From an uncultured Chloroflexia bacterium (GTDB lineage: Bacteria > Chloroflexota > Dehalococcoidia > DSTF01 > JALHUB01), in contig CAVSBT010000025.1 in the NCBI GenBank assembly GCA_963726245.1, positions 1 to 64,000 of the forward strand: 64,000 nucleotides of DNA, written 5' to 3'. A model generated the notes under the pieces. The model was not told where the DNA came from. It made no database searches and saw only the letters and a program-made list of their open reading frames with translations. Positions 29,631 through 40,724 of the stretch are shown here, in pieces. The first letter of the stretch is position 1. The number at the start of each line of letters is the position of its first letter. The translations under genes were made by a program, and so were the position numbers.

Positions 29631-29892
29631 CTACGCCCTGACGTGGGGGTAGAGCTGAACGAAGCCAGGGGCCTCTTTCTCGGCCAGGGCCCAGCGGTCG
29701 TGTTGAGGATCGTCAACACTCTCGCGGTAGAGGATACGCCGATACCTGCGCCTGGCGAAAGGTCTTTCAAACGTTCCCACTCGCTGGGGTAGGTGGATGA
29801 GAATGTACTGGTTGCAGTTTGGGCAGCGGACACGGCTGAGGGCGCCGCCTACCTCCGTGGTCCCGATCTCGATGGGCTGCAGTGTTCTTCAT
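29631..29892 (-). CDS. small hypothetical protein with CxxC (not in ORF track; one indel near start)
   Basis: Open frame LQPIEIG...VRCPNCNQYILIHLP...FVQLYPHVRA* fills the pepP-efp gap. Confidence 0.55.
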
Positions 29893-29897
29893 CACGG

Positions 29898-30997
29898 CTA
29901 TGCTCCTCTCGCCCCCGGGAGCTTGGGGGCCCGCGTCATGACCCGTGCCCTGCCGTTCTCGATGACCACCATGTCCTCGATGCGGACGCCGCCCCAGCCC
30001 GTGATGTAGATGCCGGGCTCGATGGTGACCACCATGCCGTCGGCGAGGACGTCCTTCGAGGTCCTGGCCAGCCGGGGCGACTCGTGAACCTCCAGGCCGA
30101 CGCCGTGGCCGAGCCCGTGGCCGAAGTTCTCGCCGTAGCCCGCCTCTTCGATGACCCGGTGGGCCAGGTTGTGCGCCTCCTCGCCGGTCATGCCGGCCCG
30201 CACCAGCTCCTCGGCGGTGAGCTGGGCCCCCAGGACGATATCGTACACCTTCTTGAACCGGTCGTCAGGCTTGCCCAGGAAGAGGGTTCGGGTGAGGTCC
30301 GAGCAGTAGCCGTCCAGGCGCACCCCCATGTCGATGACCACCATCTCGCCCGCTCCAGGGCGCGGTCGCGAGGGTAGGCGTGGGGCATGGCGCTCCAGGG
30401 CCCGCCGGCGACGATGGTGTCGAAGGAGACCGCCTCGCCGCCGTGCTCGCGCATGTACTTCTCGATCTCCCAGGCGGCCTGCTTCTCGGTCCAGCCCGGC
30501 TCTATGCGCTCCGCCACGTCTTCGAAGGCGGCGTCGCTCAGGTCGACGGCGGCCTGGATGGCGGCCAGCTCCTCGGGCTCCTTGACGGCCCGCAGCGCCT
30601 CCACCAGGTCGGTGGTGGCGACCAGCTTGGGCCGCTGGCCGGCGGGCAGGCCCGCCGCGGCCTTGCGGAGAGTGCGGTAGAGGAGGAAGGTGAGGTCGGC
30701 CGACTCGAAGCCGAGGCGCTTCCCGCCCAGGTCTCCGGCCGCGGTCAGCAGGCCGGGCAGCCAGCCCTCCATGGGGCCGGTGGCCTGGTGGAGGCGGAAG
30801 TCGGGCGCCTGCTGGGCCGACTGCTCGTAGTAGCGGAAGTCGGTGGCGATGACGGCGTCGTCGGCGGTGATGAGCAGGTAGCCGGAGGAGCCGGTGAACC
30901 CCGAGAGGTAGCGCCGGTTCTGGGGCTGGGAGATGAGGACTGCGTCCAGCCCTTGCTCCTCCATGCGGCGGCGGAGCTTGTCGAGTCGCTGGTTCAT
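29898..30997 (-). CDS. Xaa-Pro aminopeptidase (M24; frameshifted)
   Basis: RRYLSGFTGS, GYCSDLTRT, HGLGHGVGLEVHE, TIEPG.Y, GVRIED. Confidence 0.94.
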
Positions 30998-31021
30998 GGC
31001 TTATCGCGAGCGGCGCAGTCT

Positions 31022-31543
31022 TCAGCCCTCGGCCGTGGCCTGCGTCTGGGTTGCCTCTCGCTCATCTCTGGCCGAGATGCTCTCGTGCCTTGCTCTAGTC
31101 GGCCTAGTTCCTGCTTTGGCCAGCTCCACCACCGCCTCCAGGGCCAGCAGGTAGCCTCGCCAGCCGAGCCCGGCGATCAGCCCCGTCGCCATGTCCGCAG
31201 TGACGGAGCGGCGGCGGAATCTTTCACGCGTGTAGATGTTGGAGATGTGGACCTCGACGATGGGCAGCGGGCAAGCGGCCAGGGCGTCGCGCAGGGAGAG
31301 CCCGTAGTGGGTGAGGGCGCCGGGGTTGATGATGATGCCGCCGGCGCCGGGCGATTCGGCCTGGATGAAGTCGATGATGGCACCCTCGTGGTTGGACTGA
31401 ACGGCCAGCACCTCGGCGCCCAGAGCGCGGGCGCGTTCGCTGACGCGGGCCACGATCTCGTCCAGGGTGACGGTGCCGTAGATGTCGGGCTCGCGCGTCC
31501 CCAGGAGGTTCAGGTTAGGCCCGTTGATCAGGAGGATTTTCAT
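31022..31543 (-). CDS. aroQ: type II 3-dehydroquinate dehydratase
   Basis: NGPNLNLLG.REP.IYG, QSNHEG, INPG, EVHISN. Confidence 0.96.
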   Translation of the reverse strand: MKILLINGPNLNLLGTREPDIYGTVTLDEIVARVSERARALGAEVLAVQSNHEGAIIDFIQAESPGAGGIIINPGALTHYGLSLRDALAACPLPIVEVHISNIYTRERFRRRSVTADMATGLIAGLGWRGYLLALEAVVELAKAGTRPTRARHESISARDEREATQTQATAEG

Positions 31544-32606
31544 GGCTCTTCCTCGCCTTCCGCCTTGCCGGCTTCGCGGAGTTGCCGCTCTTGGGCCCTG
31601 CGCGGCCGCTCACCGCTGCCGGCCTCTGACTACGGCTTGCCCGCTCTTCATGCGCCCGCTCCAACCGCTTCGCGATGCCGTCCAGGCTGGCCTCGATCGC
31701 GCGGCGCTTTGCCTGCTCGGTGACGTGAGTGTAGATCTGGGTCGAGTTGATGCTGGCGTGCCCCAGCAGCTCCTGCAGCACCCGCAGGTCGGCGCCGCCC
31801 TCCAGCATGTGGGTAGCGAAGGTGTGGCGCAACAGGTGGGGGAAGATGCGCTGGTCCAGGCCGGCGGCCAGGGCGTACTTGCGCACCAGCCCCTGTACCC
31901 CTCGCACCGATAGTCGACCGCCCTTGTGGTTGAGGAAGAGGGCATCCTGTGCGCCCGTGGCCAGCCGGGGCCGGCCCTCTCGCAGGTAGGCGGCCAGCGC
32001 TTGGCGGGCCGGCCTGCCGATGAGCGCAACGCGCTCCTTGCGGCCCTTGCCGCGCACCCGGAGCAGGCCGTCTCTGAGGTCCAGGTCGGCGGTGTTCAGG
32101 CCGACCAGCTCGCTGACGCGGATGCCGGCCGCATAGAGGAGCTCCATCAGGGCGCGGTCTCGCAGGCCGAGAGGCGTGTCGGTCTGCGGCGCTAAGACCA
32201 GGGCGGAGACGTCCTCGTTGCTGAGGAAAGAGGGCAGCCGTCGCGGGCGCCGGGGGCCACGCACCCCCTGGAAGGGGCTGGCCTCCATTTGGCCGGACAG
32301 CTCCAGGTGGCGGTAGAAGCCGCGGATGGTGCTCACCTTGCGGGTGAGGCTGCCGGAAGCGATACCGGCCTCCATGAGACGGGCCAGGTGGCGGCGCAGC
32401 GCATGGCGGTCCACCTGAAGCGGGTCGCCCCCTTCCTCATCCACGAAGTCGATGAAGGCGTGGAGGTCGGTGGCATAGTTGCGCAGGGTGTAGGGTGAGA
32501 GGTTCCTCTCGGCCAGCAGTCCCCGAAGATAGCTCTCCAGCAGTGACTCGACACGCGCCCGCCAGGGGGCTTCCCGCGTCGCCGTGGCGTCCTTGGACAT
32601 GCCCAT
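31515..32606 (-). CDS. xerC: tyrosine recombinase XerC
   Basis: RD.A.MELLYA.G.RVSE, GKG.KER, PH.LRH.FATH, LLGH, TQIYTHV; downstream of topA. Confidence 0.9.
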   Translation of the reverse strand: MGMSKDATATREAPWRARVESLLESYLRGLLAERNLSPYTLRNYATDLHAFIDFVDEEGGDPLQVDRHALRRHLARLMEAGIASGSLTRKVSTIRGFYRHLELSGQMEASPFQGVRGPRRPRRLPSFLSNEDVSALVLAPQTDTPLGLRDRALMELLYAAGIRVSELVGLNTADLDLRDGLLRVRGKGRKERVALIGRPARQALAAYLREGRPRLATGAQDALFLNHKGGRLSVRGVQGLVRKYALAAGLDQRIFPHLLRHTFATHMLEGGADLRVLQELLGHASINSTQIYTHVTEQAKRRAIEASLDGIAKRLERAHEERASRSQRPAAVSGRAGPKSGNSAKPARRKARKSHENPPDQRA

Positions 32607-32613
32607 GGCTCTC

Positions 32614-34995
32614 CTAGCCTGGACTGCCGGTCGCCTGCCCTGGCCCTCCGGCCGACGCCCCCGCGCCGACCGGCGAGGGCGGGGCGCCCTTCCACGAGCA
32701 ACTCAGGCAGCGGGCGAGCTCGCGCCCTGCCGCCACCAGGAGGTCGCCGCAGTTGGGGCAGGGCTCCGGCAGCGGCCGCGACCAGCTCACGAACTCACAG
32801 CGGGGGTAGTTGGCGCAGCCGTAGAAGGTGCGGCCCCGCCGCGTGCGGCGGGCCACCAGGTCGCCCCGGCAGCGGGGGCAGGCCACGCCCACCTTGGCCC
32901 GCAGAGGCTTCGTGCCCTTGCACTCCGGGTAGCGGGAACAGGCCAGGAAGCGGCCAAACCGGCCGGTGCGCACGACCATGGGGGAGCTACAGAGCTCACA
33001 GCGTTCGTCGGTGGCTTCGGGCTCCTCTTCCCCAGGCAGCGGCCGCGCCGACCTGCACTCCGGGAAGCCCGTGCAGGCCAGGAAGCGCCCGAAGCGGCCC
33101 CAACGCACGACCATTGGCCGGCCGCACACCTGGCAGCGCTCATCCGTGGCCTCCTCGACCCTGGGCGCTTGAGCCGCCTTGGCCAGAGCCTCCTCTAAAG
33201 GTAAGTAGAAGCGCTCGACCACCGGCTGCCAGGCCTTCTGGCCGCGGGCGATCTCGTCCAGCTCCCCCTCCATGGCGGCGGTGAAGCTGAGGTCCACCAC
33301 GTCAGGGACCAAGTTCACCAGCAGGTCATTGACGACGTAGCCCAGCTCGGTGGGCTTGAGTTGACGGCCTTCGCGGTTCACGTAGCCGCGATCCTGGATC
33401 GTGGAGAGGGTGGGCGCATAGGTGCTGGGCCGTCCGATACCGTTCTCCTCCAGGGCACGCACCAGCGTCGCCTCCGTGTAGCGGGCCGGCGGCTCCGTGA
33501 AGTGCTGCTCCGGCAGGAGGGCCAGCAGGCTCAACACCTGCTCGGCCGAAAGGGTGGGCAGCCGTGGCTTATCCTCCTCTGCCGATCCGTTGTCGCTGGA
33601 CTCCTGGTAGAGCTGGCGGTAACCCGGGAAGTGGAGGACGCTCTCGGTGGCCCGGAAGAGGTAAACGTCGCGGCCGGTCGGCGGCGTCGCCTCCACGTCG
33701 ATGGTCAGGCTGTCGTAGAGGGCGTCCGCCATCTGGCTGGCCAGCATGCGCTGCCATATCAGGCTGTAGAGCCGGAACTGGTCGGGGGTCAGGGAGCGAC
33801 GGAGGGCGGCGGGCTCCCGTCGAATCGACGTGGGCCGGATGGCTTCGTGCGCCTCCTGGGCGCCACGGACCTTGCGGCGGTAGGCGCGTGGCGCCGGCGG
33901 CAGGAACTCGGCGCCGAAGCGCTCGCCGATGTAGGCGCGCGCCTCCGCCCTCGCCGCCTCCGCGACGTGGGTGGAGTCGGTGCGCATGTAGGTGATGAGC
34001 CCCACGTGGCCCTCGCCTGGCCGTCGGCCGCCCCCACCGTCCTTCTTGGCGGATGGACCCGTCGCCGAGGACGACAGCCCTTCGTAGAGCTGCTGGGCCA
34101 CGGCCATCGTGCGCTTGGCCGAGAAGCCAAAGCGCCGCGAGGCCTCCTGCTGGAGGGTGCTGGTGATGAACGGCGGCGGCGGGCGCCGCGGCTGCCTGCG
34201 CTGCTTGATCTCCGCCACACGGTAGGCTGCCTTCTCCAGGAGGGCGACGAGGCGGCCGGACTCCTCGGCGTTCGCGACCTCCAGCTTCTTGCTGCCGGCT
34301 TCCGCCGGAGGCGCCCCGACGGATGCCCGTCTGGGCGAGGCCGGCCAGTCGGGCTGTGAAGAACCCCTGGTCCGCCGAGGCGGAGCCGGCCGGGGAGAGG
34401 CGGGCGTCAATCGTCCAGTACTCGCGGGCGACGAAGCCGTCGATCTCCCGTTCGCGGTCCACCACCATGCGCAGGGCCACCGACTGCACGCGTCCCGCCG
34501 AGAGGCCGCGGCGAACCTTCTTCCAGAGCAGCGGGCTAACCTTGTAGCCCACCAGCCGGTCGACGACGCGACGGGCCTGCTGCGCGTCGACCAGCCGCAT
34601 GTCGATGTCGCGGGGGTGGCGGAAGGCCTGTCGCACCGCCTCCGGCGTCACCTCGTGAAAGACGACGCGCTGGTAAGGGTGCCCGCCGAGCTCGGCGGCC
34701 TGCACCAGGTGCCAGGAGATGGCCTCGCCCTCGCGGTCGGGGTCGGTGGCCAGGTAGATGGTATCGGCGTCCTGGGCCGCCTCCTTCAGCTTGCGCACCA
34801 CCTCGCGTTTCTCGCGGGGCACGACGTAACGGGGGGCAAAGCCCTCCTTCACGTCGACACCCAGTCGAGAGCGGGGAGGTCGCGCACGTGGCCGATGGAG
34901 GCGCGGACGTCGTAGCCCGAGCCCAGGAAACCGGCCAGGGTGCGGGCCTTGGCCGGCGACTCGACGATAACCAGGTTCCGCTTCTTCTTCGCCAC
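32614..34995 (-). CDS. topA: DNA topoisomerase I (frameshifted) with C-terminal zinc ribbons
   Basis: [52 protein letters not shown]. Confidence 0.96.
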
Positions 34996-35008
34996 TCTAC
35001 TCCTTCGC

Positions 35009-36115
35009 CTAGGCGGTCTCCCGGACCCGCACGTAGTTCATGCGCCCCACCTGGCGGACCCGTCCTTTGAGCTCGAGCATCGCCAGGGCGCTGCTGACGG
35101 CGGCGATGGGCAGCCCGCACGAGCGCCTCACCTCATCTATATGTGTCGGCTGCGCGGATAGATGTTTCAAGAGGGCCGCCTCCGCCTCATCGACGGGCAC
35201 AAGCTCCTTCATCTCCATCTGGTAGGATGCCATGGTCAGGTTCAGCTCCACCAGGATGTCCTGTACGCCGGTCACCAGCTTCGCTTCGCCGTCCTGAACG
35301 AGCTTGTTGGTGCCCCGGCAGCCCGGCGAGTAGATGCTGCCGGGCACGGCGAAGACCTCGCGGTTCTGGTCGAGGGCCTGGCGAGCCGTGATGCGGGCGC
35401 CGCTGGTCACGCTGCCTTCCACCATCAGGACACCCAGGCTCATGCCGCTCATGATACGGTTGCGACGCGGGAAGTGCTCGCTGCGGGGCTGCGTCCCCAG
35501 GGGATAGTCGCTGACCAGCGCGCCGCTCTCCATCACCTCCTGGGCCAGGCGCAGGTGCTCCGGTGGGTAGACGAGGTCCAGCCCGCAGGCCAGCACGGCA
35601 ATCGTGCGGCCGCCGGCCTGGAGCGCCGCCCGGTGAGCGACGGAGTCGATGCCCCGCGCCAGGCCGCTGACGACGGTCACCCGGTTGTGGGCCAGCCCGC
35701 TCGCGAACTCCTCTGCCGCCTGCCGGCCGTAGACCGAGGCCCGCCGCGTCCCGACGACGGCCACCGCCCATTCGTCGGCGGGGGTGAGCCGCCCGCGGAC
35801 GTAGAGAACCGGGGGCAGGTCGTCGATCTCCTTCAGCTTTGGCGGATAGGCCGGGTCGTGCCAGGTGAGGGCCTGGACGCCGGCCTGGGCCAGGCGCTCG
35901 ATCTCCTCGTCCGGCGAGATGCGCGGCCGCTCGGCGACGATGGCGGTGATGGTGGCTGCGTCGAGGCCGGCCGCCTTCAGGTCGGCGGCGCCGGCCTGCC
36001 AGGCGTCAGCGAGCCGCCCGAAGTGGCGCTCGAGCAGCTTGGTGCGCGCTCGCCCGACGCGCGGTATGCGGGCGAAGGACACCCAGTATTTCAGGTCGCC
36101 GGCATCGTAGTCCAT
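35009..36115 (-). CDS. dprA: DNA-processing protein DprA
   Basis: [33 protein letters not shown]. Confidence 0.96.
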   Translation of the reverse strand: MDYDAGDLKYWVSFARIPRVGRARTKLLERHFGRLADAWQAGAADLKAAGLDAATITAIVAERPRISPDEEIERLAQAGVQALTWHDPAYPPKLKEIDDLPPVLYVRGRLTPADEWAVAVVGTRRASVYGRQAAEEFASGLAHNRVTVVSGLARGIDSVAHRAALQAGGRTIAVLACGLDLVYPPEHLRLAQEVMESGALVSDYPLGTQPRSEHFPRRNRIMSGMSLGVLMVEGSVTSGARITARQALDQNREVFAVPGSIYSPGCRGTNKLVQDGEAKLVTGVQDILVELNLTMASYQMEMKELVPVDEAEAALLKHLSAQPTHIDEVRRSCGLPIAAVSSALAMLELKGRVRQVGRMNYVRVRETA

Positions 36116-36147
36116 CGAACGGCCATTGTAGCACAGCCGTTTTGGGG

Positions 36148-36233
36148 CAGACAAACGAGCAAACGAGCAAGCGGGCAAAACGGGCAGAATACCTGAATTG
36201 CCCGTTTGCCAGATCTGCCAGTGTGCCCGTTTC
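36148..36233. repeat. octamer tandem repeat hairpin
   Basis: CAAACGAG CAAACGAG CAAGCGGG CAAAACGGG ... TTGCCCGT TTGCCAGA TCTGCCAG TGTGCCCGTTT. Confidence 0.78.
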
Positions 36234-36240
36234 GCTGGGC

Positions 36241-37552
<1,312 letters not shown>

Positions 37553-37558
37553 AGAGGC

Positions 37559-38920
37559 TCACGCTCCCTTGCTGCGGCGGCCTCGGCGGGGCCGGATACG
37601 GGCCGGCGCTCCCACGGCCAGGCTGTCGGGGGGCACGTTGCGGTTCACCACGGAGCCGGCGCCCGTGGCCGACCGTTCTCCCACTTCCACCGGCGCCACC
37701 AGCATGGTGTCGCTGCCGATGAAGGCCCCGTCGCCGATGATGGTGCGGTGCTTTCGCGTGCCGTCGAAGTTACAGGTGATGGCGCCGGCGCCGATGTTCA
37801 CGTCCCTGCCTACCTGGGCGTCTCCGATGTAGCTGAAGTGGCCCATCCTGGTGCCGCGGCCCAGGCGTGCGTTCTTCACCTCGGCGAAGTTGCCGATGTG
37901 CACTTCTTGCTCTATGTACGACCCGACCCGCACGTGGCTGAAGGGGCCCACCTGCACGTCGTTCTCCAGAACCGCCCCCTCGACCACGGAGGAGACGACG
38001 CGGCAGCGGGCGCCCACCCGGCTATCGACCAGGAAGGCGTCGGGGCCAAGCGTACAGCCATCGCCTACGCGCGTCGAGCCCGTCAGGTAGGTGTTCGGCC
38101 AGAGGACGGTGTCCTCGCCGATCTCGACGCCGGCGTCTATGTAAACGGCGGAGGGGTCGATCATGGTGACGCCGGCCAGCAGGTGGCGGCGGCGGATGCG
38201 CTCGCGCATGACGGCCTCGGCTTGGGCCAGTTGAAGGCGGTCGTTGATGCCGATGGCCTCTTGTGGCTCGGAGGCGGCCACGGCTTCCAGGTGGTCGCCA
38301 CCACGAACGGCGCCGGCGACGAGCTCCGTCAGGTAGTACTCGCCGCTGGCGCTGCGGGGGAGCCGCCGCAGGCGCGGCCAGAGCCAGGAGCCACGGAAGC
38401 AGTAGACGCCCACGTTGATCTCGGCCGGGCCGCCCGTGGGCCCCTGACAGTCCGCCTCCTCGACAACCGCCACGGGCCTGCCCTCGCCGTCTCTCTCGAG
38501 GTGACCGAGGCCTCTGGAGTCCTCTATGTGTGCCGTCAGGAAGGTGAGGTCGGCGCCGCTCTCCCGGTGGCGCGCCGTCAAGGCGGATATCGTGTCGGGC
38601 GAGACGAGGGGGATGTCGCCGTTCAAGACCAGGACGTGCGTGGCGGCGCCGGCCAGGGGTTCGGCCTGGCGGAGGGCATGACCGGTGCCCAGCCGCCGGC
38701 GCTGGTCGACGTAGCGAAAGCCGTCGCCCAGGGCCTCCCGCACCGCGGCGCCGCCCTGTCCCACCACGACGACAGGGCGCTCGAAGCCGGCCGTTCGCAG
38801 CGTCTCAGCCACGTGGCGGACCATGGGCCGCCCGGCCAGCGTATGCAGCACCTTGGGCCGGGAGGAGCGCATACGCTTGCCTTGCCCGGCCGCCAGGATG
38901 ACCGCCATCCAGTCGTTCAA
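37559..38920 (-). CDS. glmU: bifunctional UDP-GlcNAc pyrophosphorylase/GlcN-1-P acetyltransferase
   Basis: LAAGQGKRMRS..PKVLH, LGTGHA, EYYLT, GNFAEVK, HFSYIGDA, hexapeptide repeats. Confidence 0.96.
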   Translation of the reverse strand: MNDWMAVILAAGQGKRMRSSRPKVLHTLAGRPMVRHVAETLRTAGFERPVVVVGQGGAAVREALGDGFRYVDQRRRLGTGHALRQAEPLAGAATHVLVLNGDIPLVSPDTISALTARHRESGADLTFLTAHIEDSRGLGHLERDGEGRPVAVVEEADCQGPTGGPAEINVGVYCFRGSWLWPRLRRLPRSASGEYYLTELVAGAVRGGDHLEAVAASEPQEAIGINDRLQLAQAEAVMRERIRRRHLLAGVTMIDPSAVYIDAGVEIGEDTVLWPNTYLTGSTRVGDGCTLGPDAFLVDSRVGARCRVVSSVVEGAVLENDVQVGPFSHVRVGSYIEQEVHIGNFAEVKNARLGRGTRMGHFSYIGDAQVGRDVNIGAGAITCNFDGTRKHRTIIGDGAFIGSDTMLVAPVEVGERSATGAGSVVNRNVPPDSLAVGAPARIRPRRGRRSKGA

Positions 38921-39175
38921 GTCTCCAACCTCTGCGGCAATCAGACGACCGCGATCAAACCGGCTTGCAGCGAAATCATGGGAGAAGAGCCCCTAGCGCA
39001 AGCACCGGCAGGCGACCGTGCTTGAATCGACGTGATGAGCCGTGGCTGACGTACAGGGAGAGTTCTATGGCTGCCGTCGCTATCGGGCGGAGGTTCTTCG
39101 GTTGACGATGACAAAGAGGATACCTTCAGTCCGGTTCCCTGGCATTGCTGCCGCCGTGTGTTGCACCGGACCGCT
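38921..39175 (-). ncRNA. candidate structured 5' leader of glmU (unassigned)
   Basis: Starts just after TTGACA-N18-TAGTAT; 9-bp stem enclosing a GCAA tetraloop hairpin; alternative pairings. Confidence 0.45.
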
Positions 39176-39178
39176 TCC

Positions 39179-39257
39179 ATACTAGAAAGCCCAGGCGGAG
39201 GCTGTCAAGAGTACCCTCGCACAAGTGATTGACGACCTTAGAATCGCGTGTTATAGT
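39179..39257. promoter_or_regulatory. back-to-back sigma70 promoters for glmU (-) and infC (+)
   Basis: Minus strand TTGACA-N18-TAGTAT; plus strand TTGACG-N17-TATAGT. Confidence 0.8.
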
Positions 39258-39312
39258 GAGGCACTATTGAGGGGTGCGCATCTGGCTGTAGGTCTTCTGT
39301 GAGGGTGCAGGG

Positions 39313-39900
39313 ATAGCTCGAGAACTCCGCACCAACGAGCACATTCGGGCTCGCGAAGTCCTACTTATAGGAGGAAACGGCGAACGCCTGGGCGTCATTC
39401 CTGTCGCCCAGGCGCTTGATATGGCGCGCCAGGCCGACCTCGACCTTGTGGAGGTCGCGCCCAACGTCGACCCTCCTGTCTGTCGCATCCTGGACTACGG
39501 CAAGTACAAGTACGCGCAATCCAAGAAGGAGCGCGACTCCCGCAAGCACCAGCACCATGTGGTGCTGCGGGAGGTCAGGTTCAAGCCCAAGATCGACACC
39601 CACGATGTGGACTTCAAGGCACGCACGGCCGAGAAACTCCTGCGTGAAGGCGACAAGGTCAAGGTGTCCGTCATGTTCCGGGGCCGGGAGCTCACCCACC
39701 CCCAGATCGGGCGGGACCTGCTGGACCGCATCTACGAGAAGCTGAAGGAAATCGCCATCCTCGAGCGGCCGCCTACCATGGAAGGCCGCTTCATGAGTAT
39801 GATCCTGACCCCTGTTCCCCCAAAGCAGCCGGGCAAGCCGCCCAAAGAGTCCGGCGGGGAAGGGGAGGGGCAGGTGCCGGTGGCGACCACGGAGGCCTAG
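39313..39900 (+). CDS. infC: translation initiation factor IF-3 (ATA start)
   Basis: In-frame N-terminus IARELRTNEHIRAREV upstream of the ORF-track start; LDLVEVAP, DYGKYKY, FRGRE. Confidence 0.95.
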   Translation: MARELRTNEHIRAREVLLIGGNGERLGVIPVAQALDMARQADLDLVEVAPNVDPPVCRILDYGKYKYAQSKKERDSRKHQHHVVLREVRFKPKIDTHDVDFKARTAEKLLREGDKVKVSVMFRGRELTHPQIGRDLLDRIYEKLKEIAILERPPTMEGRFMSMILTPVPPKQPGKPPKESGGEGEGQVPVATTEA

Positions 39901-39902
39901 GT

Positions 39903-40106
39903 TTGCCGAAGCTGAAGACCCACAAGGGCGCCAAGCGCCGCTTCAACATCTCAGGAAGCGGGAAGATATTGCGCCCCAAGGGTAACAAGAGCCACCTGCG
40001 TCGGCGAAAGTCGCCCCGGGCCAAGGGAATGCTGGACGAGATGATGGTGGTCCACCCGTCGGCCCGCAAGCGCCTGCGCCGGCTTCTGCCCTACGGGCTG
40101 CGCTAG
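39903..40106 (+). CDS. rpmI: 50S ribosomal protein L35
   Basis: [14 protein letters not shown]...LLPY. Confidence 0.96.
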   Translation: MPKLKTHKGAKRRFNISGSGKILRPKGNKSHLRRRKSPRAKGMLDEMMVVHPSARKRLRRLLPYGLR

Positions 40107-40129
40107 CCAGCGACAGTGAGGAATCGCCC

Positions 40130-40495
40130 GTGAGCCGCGTCAAACGAGGCGTCACCGCCCGACGCCATCACCGCAAGATCATCGCCATGGCCAAGGGGCA
40201 CAAGGGCGTCCGCCACCGCATCTTCCGGCGCGCCAACGAGTCGGTCCTGCACGCCCTCGACTACGCCTACCGCCACCGGCGAGAGCGCAAGGGCGACTTC
40301 CGCCGCCTCTGGATCACCCGCATCAACGCCGCCGCCCGTCTCAACGGCCTCAGCTACTCCCGCTTCATCGAAGGGCTGATCAAGGCCGGCGTGCAGGTGG
40401 ACCGCAAGATGCTCGCCGACCTCGCCGTCCGCGACGCCGGCGCCTTCTCCTCTCTGGCGACCACGGCCCGCGGCGCTCTGGGCACGGCCGGCTAG
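40130..40495 (+). CDS. rplT: 50S ribosomal protein L20
   Basis: [30 protein letters not shown]. Confidence 0.97.
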   Translation: MSRVKRGVTARRHHRKIIAMAKGHKGVRHRIFRRANESVLHALDYAYRHRRERKGDFRRLWITRINAAARLNGLSYSRFIEGLIKAGVQVDRKMLADLAVRDAGAFSSLATTARGALGTAG

Positions 40496-40519
40496 CCGGA
40501 AACACGTCTCAACACACGT

Positions 40520-40622
40520 ATAGGGGCGACCGGGGGTCGCCCCCTTTGTTTGGCATCCCACCTCGTAGGGGCAGGGCCCTGTCCCTGCCCCACCCAAGGC
40601 GCCCACAGGGGGGCGCCCCTAC
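40520..40622. repeat. cluster of three REP-like palindromes; the first may also act as rplT terminator
   Basis: ATAGGGGCGACC..GGTCGCCCC followed by TTTGTTT; GTAGGGGCAGGGC..CCTGCCC; inverted GTAGGGGCGCCC..GGGCGCC. Confidence 0.85.
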
Positions 40623-40724
40623 GACCGAGGGCAACGTGTTGCTTGACGACCATAAGCCCGGCCTTCGGGTCTTGGTGTCTGGGAGGGGATGTCGGGCGAT
40701 GACGAGTCTGCGGCTGGCCGGGGC

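Noticed and set aside
31515-32606. Tyrosine recombinase as a prophage or integron integrase
   Set aside because: It lies in the conserved dprA-topA-xerC context with no att sites or cargo
38995-39120. glmS ribozyme near glmU
   Set aside because: Only a vague resemblance on the wrong strand; the catalytic core is absent on the glmU strand
38941-39180. 79-aa ORF in the glmU leader
   Set aside because: Its ATG overlaps the -10 element, so it lies upstream of the predicted transcript start; no RBS and atypical composition
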